Positions 61,576-64,000 of a stretch of DNA of 64,000 bases are shown in pieces. The notes beneath the pieces were generated by a model, which was not told the DNA's origin, did not search any database, and worked only from the letters and a program-made list of their open reading frames with translations. Numbering within the stretch: the first letter of the stretch is position 1; the number at the start of each line of letters is the position of its first letter. Origin of the DNA: Alphaproteobacteria bacterium (GTDB taxonomy: Bacteria; Pseudomonadota; Alphaproteobacteria; JAAXGF01); NCBI GenBank assembly GCA_963555825.3, contig CAUVXB020000002.1:2048001-2112000 (forward strand), written 5' to 3'. Both the position numbers and the translations under genes were made by a program.

Positions 61576-62637
61576 GTGTCATCCGATTCCGTAACCACTA
61601 AGCCGATTCTCCGCGCTCTCGCCGGCGAGACGTTGACACCGCCGCCGATCTGGCTGATGCGTCAGGCGGGACGCTACCTGCCCGAGTACCGTCGTGTGCG
61701 CGAGCGGGCCGGCGGGTTCCTCGATCTATGTTACAACCCGGCGCTGGCCGCCGAGGTGACGCTACAGCCCATCACGCGCTTCGGCTTCGACGCCGCGATT
61801 CTGTTCTCCGATATCCTGATCGTGCCTCATGCGCTGGGCTGCGACGTGCGTTTCGACGAAGGCCATGGTCCCTGTCTCGAGCCTGTGCGCGGGACCGCCG
61901 ACATCGAGCGTTTGAGCGATGGTATTGGTGACCGCGCGGCGCCGATCTTCGAGACCGTGGCGCGGGTTGCCGATGTGCTGCCGGGCGGCACCGCGCTGAT
62001 CGGCTTCGCCGGTGCGCCCTGGACGGTGGCGACCTACATGGTCGAGGGCGGCACCAGCCGCGACTTCGCCGCGACCAAGCTGTGGGCATTCAGCGACCCG
62101 GACGGGTTTCAGCGGCTGATCGACAAGCTGGTCGCGGCGACGGCCGATTATCTGATTGCCCAGGTCGCGGCCGGCGCCGAGGTGCTGCAGTTATTCGACA
62201 GCTGGGCCGGCGCGTTGCCCGAGAGTGGCTTCGAGCGCTGGTGCATCGTGCCGACACGGGACCTCGTGACACGCCTCAAGGCGGCCTGCCCCGAGGTTCC
62301 GGTCATCGGGTTCCCACGCGGTGCCGGGCCAATGACGGCGCGTTATGCCGAGGCCACCGGGGTCGACGCCGTCAGCCTCGACAGCGCGGTGCCGGCGGCC
62401 TGGGCGGTCGACGCGCTGCAAGCGCGCTGGACGCTGCAGGGCAACCTGGATCCGCTCTACCTGGTCGCCGGCGGTCGCGCGATGACTGAGGCCGCCGCCA
62501 CGGTCCTCGATGCGCTGGGCCACGGGCCCATGATCTTCAACCTGGGCCACGGCGTGGTGCCGCAGACGCCGCCCGCCCATGTCGCGGCGCTGGTCGAGGC
62601 GGTGCGCGCCTGGCGGCCGGACGGGGCGACGCGCTGA
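61576..62637 (+). CDS. hemE: Uroporphyrinogen decarboxylase
   Basis: [45 protein letters not shown]. Confidence 0.97.
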   Translation: MSSDSVTTKPILRALAGETLTPPPIWLMRQAGRYLPEYRRVRERAGGFLDLCYNPALAAEVTLQPITRFGFDAAILFSDILIVPHALGCDVRFDEGHGPCLEPVRGTADIERLSDGIGDRAAPIFETVARVADVLPGGTALIGFAGAPWTVATYMVEGGTSRDFAATKLWAFSDPDGFQRLIDKLVAATADYLIAQVAAGAEVLQLFDSWAGALPESGFERWCIVPTRDLVTRLKAACPEVPVIGFPRGAGPMTARYAEATGVDAVSLDSAVPAAWAVDALQARWTLQGNLDPLYLVAGGRAMTEAAATVLDALGHGPMIFNLGHGVVPQTPPAHVAALVEAVRAWRPDGATR

Positions 62638-63707
62638 TGGCCGGCGAGCGCATCGCCGTCGTGCTGTTCAACTTGGGCGGCCCCGACTGCACCGAGGCAA
62701 TCCAGCCGTTCCTCTGCAACCTGTTCAACGACCCGGCGATCATCGGCGTGCCGCAGCCGTTGCGTTGGCTGCTGGCGACGCTGATCTCACACCGCCGCGC
62801 GCCGGTCGCCCAGGCGATTTACAGCCGGATCGGCGGCGCCTCGCCGCTGCTCGAAAACACCCGGGCGCAGGCCGCGGCGCTCACCGCGGCGCTCGACAAC
62901 GGCGACACCGGTTGGGCCGCACTGCGCGTCTTTACCGCGATGCGCTATTGGCATCCGATGAGCCCCGAGGCGGCCGCCGAGGTCAAGCTGTTCGAGCCCG
63001 ACGAAATCGTACTTCTGCCGCTCTACCCGCAGTTTTCGACGACCACGACGGCGTCCTCGATCGGCGCTTGGCGCGCCGCGGCGGCAGCCGAGGGCATCGA
63101 CGCGCCGACCCGCGTCCTGTGCTGCTACCCGACCGAGCCCGACTTCATCGCGGCCCACGCCGGACTGATCCGCCCGGCGCTCGACGAAGCGGCCGCGGAC
63201 GGCCGTCCGCGACTGCTGTTTTCGGCGCATGGCCTGCCCAAGAAAATTGTCGATCGCGGTGATCCCTACGTCTGGCAGGTCGGGCAGGGCGCCGCCGCGG
63301 TCGCAGCAGCGCTCGCCGACAGCCATGCCGATCTCGACTGGCGGGTCTGCTACCAGAGCCGTGTCGGTCCGCTCGAATGGATCGGCCCGTCGATCGAACA
63401 GGAATTGGCGCGCGCCGGGCGCGAGCGCGTGCCGGTCGTCGTGACGCCGATCGCCTTCGTCTCCGAACACTCCGAGACACTGGTCGAGCTCGACGTCGAG
63501 TATCGCGAGTTCGCCGAGCACAATAAGGTGCCGGGGTATCTGCGCGTCGCCGCGCTGGGCACCAACGCGGCCTTTATCGCCGCACTGGCGGCGCTCGTCC
63601 GGCGCGTCCTCGCGGGTGGCGCGGCGCTGTGCTCGCAGGACGGCGGCCGGTTGTGCCCGGCCGAAGCGGCGCGCTGCGCCTTCGCGATGGGGGAGGGCGG
63701 CCGATGA
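62637..63707 (+). CDS. hemH: Ferrochelatase
   Basis: NLGGP, GGASPL, MRYWHP, PLYPQFS, FSAHGLP, QSRVGP..W, FVSEHSETLVELD. Confidence 0.97.
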   Translation: MAGERIAVVLFNLGGPDCTEAIQPFLCNLFNDPAIIGVPQPLRWLLATLISHRRAPVAQAIYSRIGGASPLLENTRAQAAALTAALDNGDTGWAALRVFTAMRYWHPMSPEAAAEVKLFEPDEIVLLPLYPQFSTTTTASSIGAWRAAAAAEGIDAPTRVLCCYPTEPDFIAAHAGLIRPALDEAAADGRPRLLFSAHGLPKKIVDRGDPYVWQVGQGAAAVAAALADSHADLDWRVCYQSRVGPLEWIGPSIEQELARAGRERVPVVVTPIAFVSEHSETLVELDVEYREFAEHNKVPGYLRVAALGTNAAFIAALAALVRRVLAGGAALCSQDGGRLCPAEAARCAFAMGEGGR

Positions 63708-64000
63708 GCCAAGACATCTATCTGTGGCTCAAGGCGTTCCACATCATTGCGGTGATCGCGTGGCTGGCCGGGCTGCTCTACCTGCCCCGGCTGTTCGTCT
63801 ACCACTGCGATGCCGAGCCCGGTTCGAAGCGCTCGGAGATGCTCAAGGTGATGGAGCGTCGGCTGTTGCGCGCGATCATGACGCCGGCGATGATCGGCGC
63901 CTTCGTGTTCGGCGCCACGATGTTGATCGAGCCGCGTTTCGAGACGGCGGCGGGCTGGTTCCACGTCAAGCTCGCGTCGGTGCTCGTGCTCGCCGTACTG
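63704..64000 (+). CDS. hemJ: Protoporphyrinogen oxidase HemJ, partial; runs off the window end
   Basis: ATG 63704: MSQDIYLWLKAFHIIAVIAWLAGLLYLPRLFVYH..MERRLLRAIMTPAM. Confidence 0.95.
   Translation, partial: MSQDIYLWLKAFHIIAVIAWLAGLLYLPRLFVYHCDAEPGSKRSEMLKVMERRLLRAIMTPAMIGAFVFGATMLIEPRFETAAGWFHVKLASVLVLAVL

Overview
High-GC alphaproteobacterial (Rhodospirillales-like) chromosomal segment next to the probable replication origin. The conserved backbone is dnaK-grpE-hrcA | rph-rdgB-hemW | lpoA-like-rsmI-yraN-BON-gshB, comM, cyclophilin-HIT-hisEIFAHB | hslVU, smr, lutABC, mltA-tim44 | fxsA-secB | dnaQ-coaE-aroE-maf-DUF299 | oriC | hemE-hemH-hemJ. Accessory DNA interrupts it in several places: an orphan PD-(D/E)XK-like gene inside rdgB-hemW; a low-GC anti-phage-type dCTP/dCMP deaminase pseudogene plus a small partner ORF, flanked by a duplicated comM 3' end; an IS1595 between two truncated foreign genes; and a ~16 kb island carrying IS1182, a multi-PAS kinase/FixJ pair, IS3-like elements, a PAS-PilZ protein, an IS110/IS1111 element and two oxygenases. 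The most striking item is the IS1111-type element. Its right-end bridge/seek RNA guide loops can be read directly against target and donor sites, and it is followed by ~1.7 kb of nested tandem copies of that right end (296, 138 and 24 bp units) whose clean junctions fall on the TG recombination core. That pattern suggests self-targeting, although an assembly artefact is not excluded. Also notable are a six-copy structured repeat always found sense-oriented just after a stop codon, a 273-bp MITE, and an IS3-like element with a 14-bp target duplication. All calls come from reading the sequence by eye; no database searches were run.
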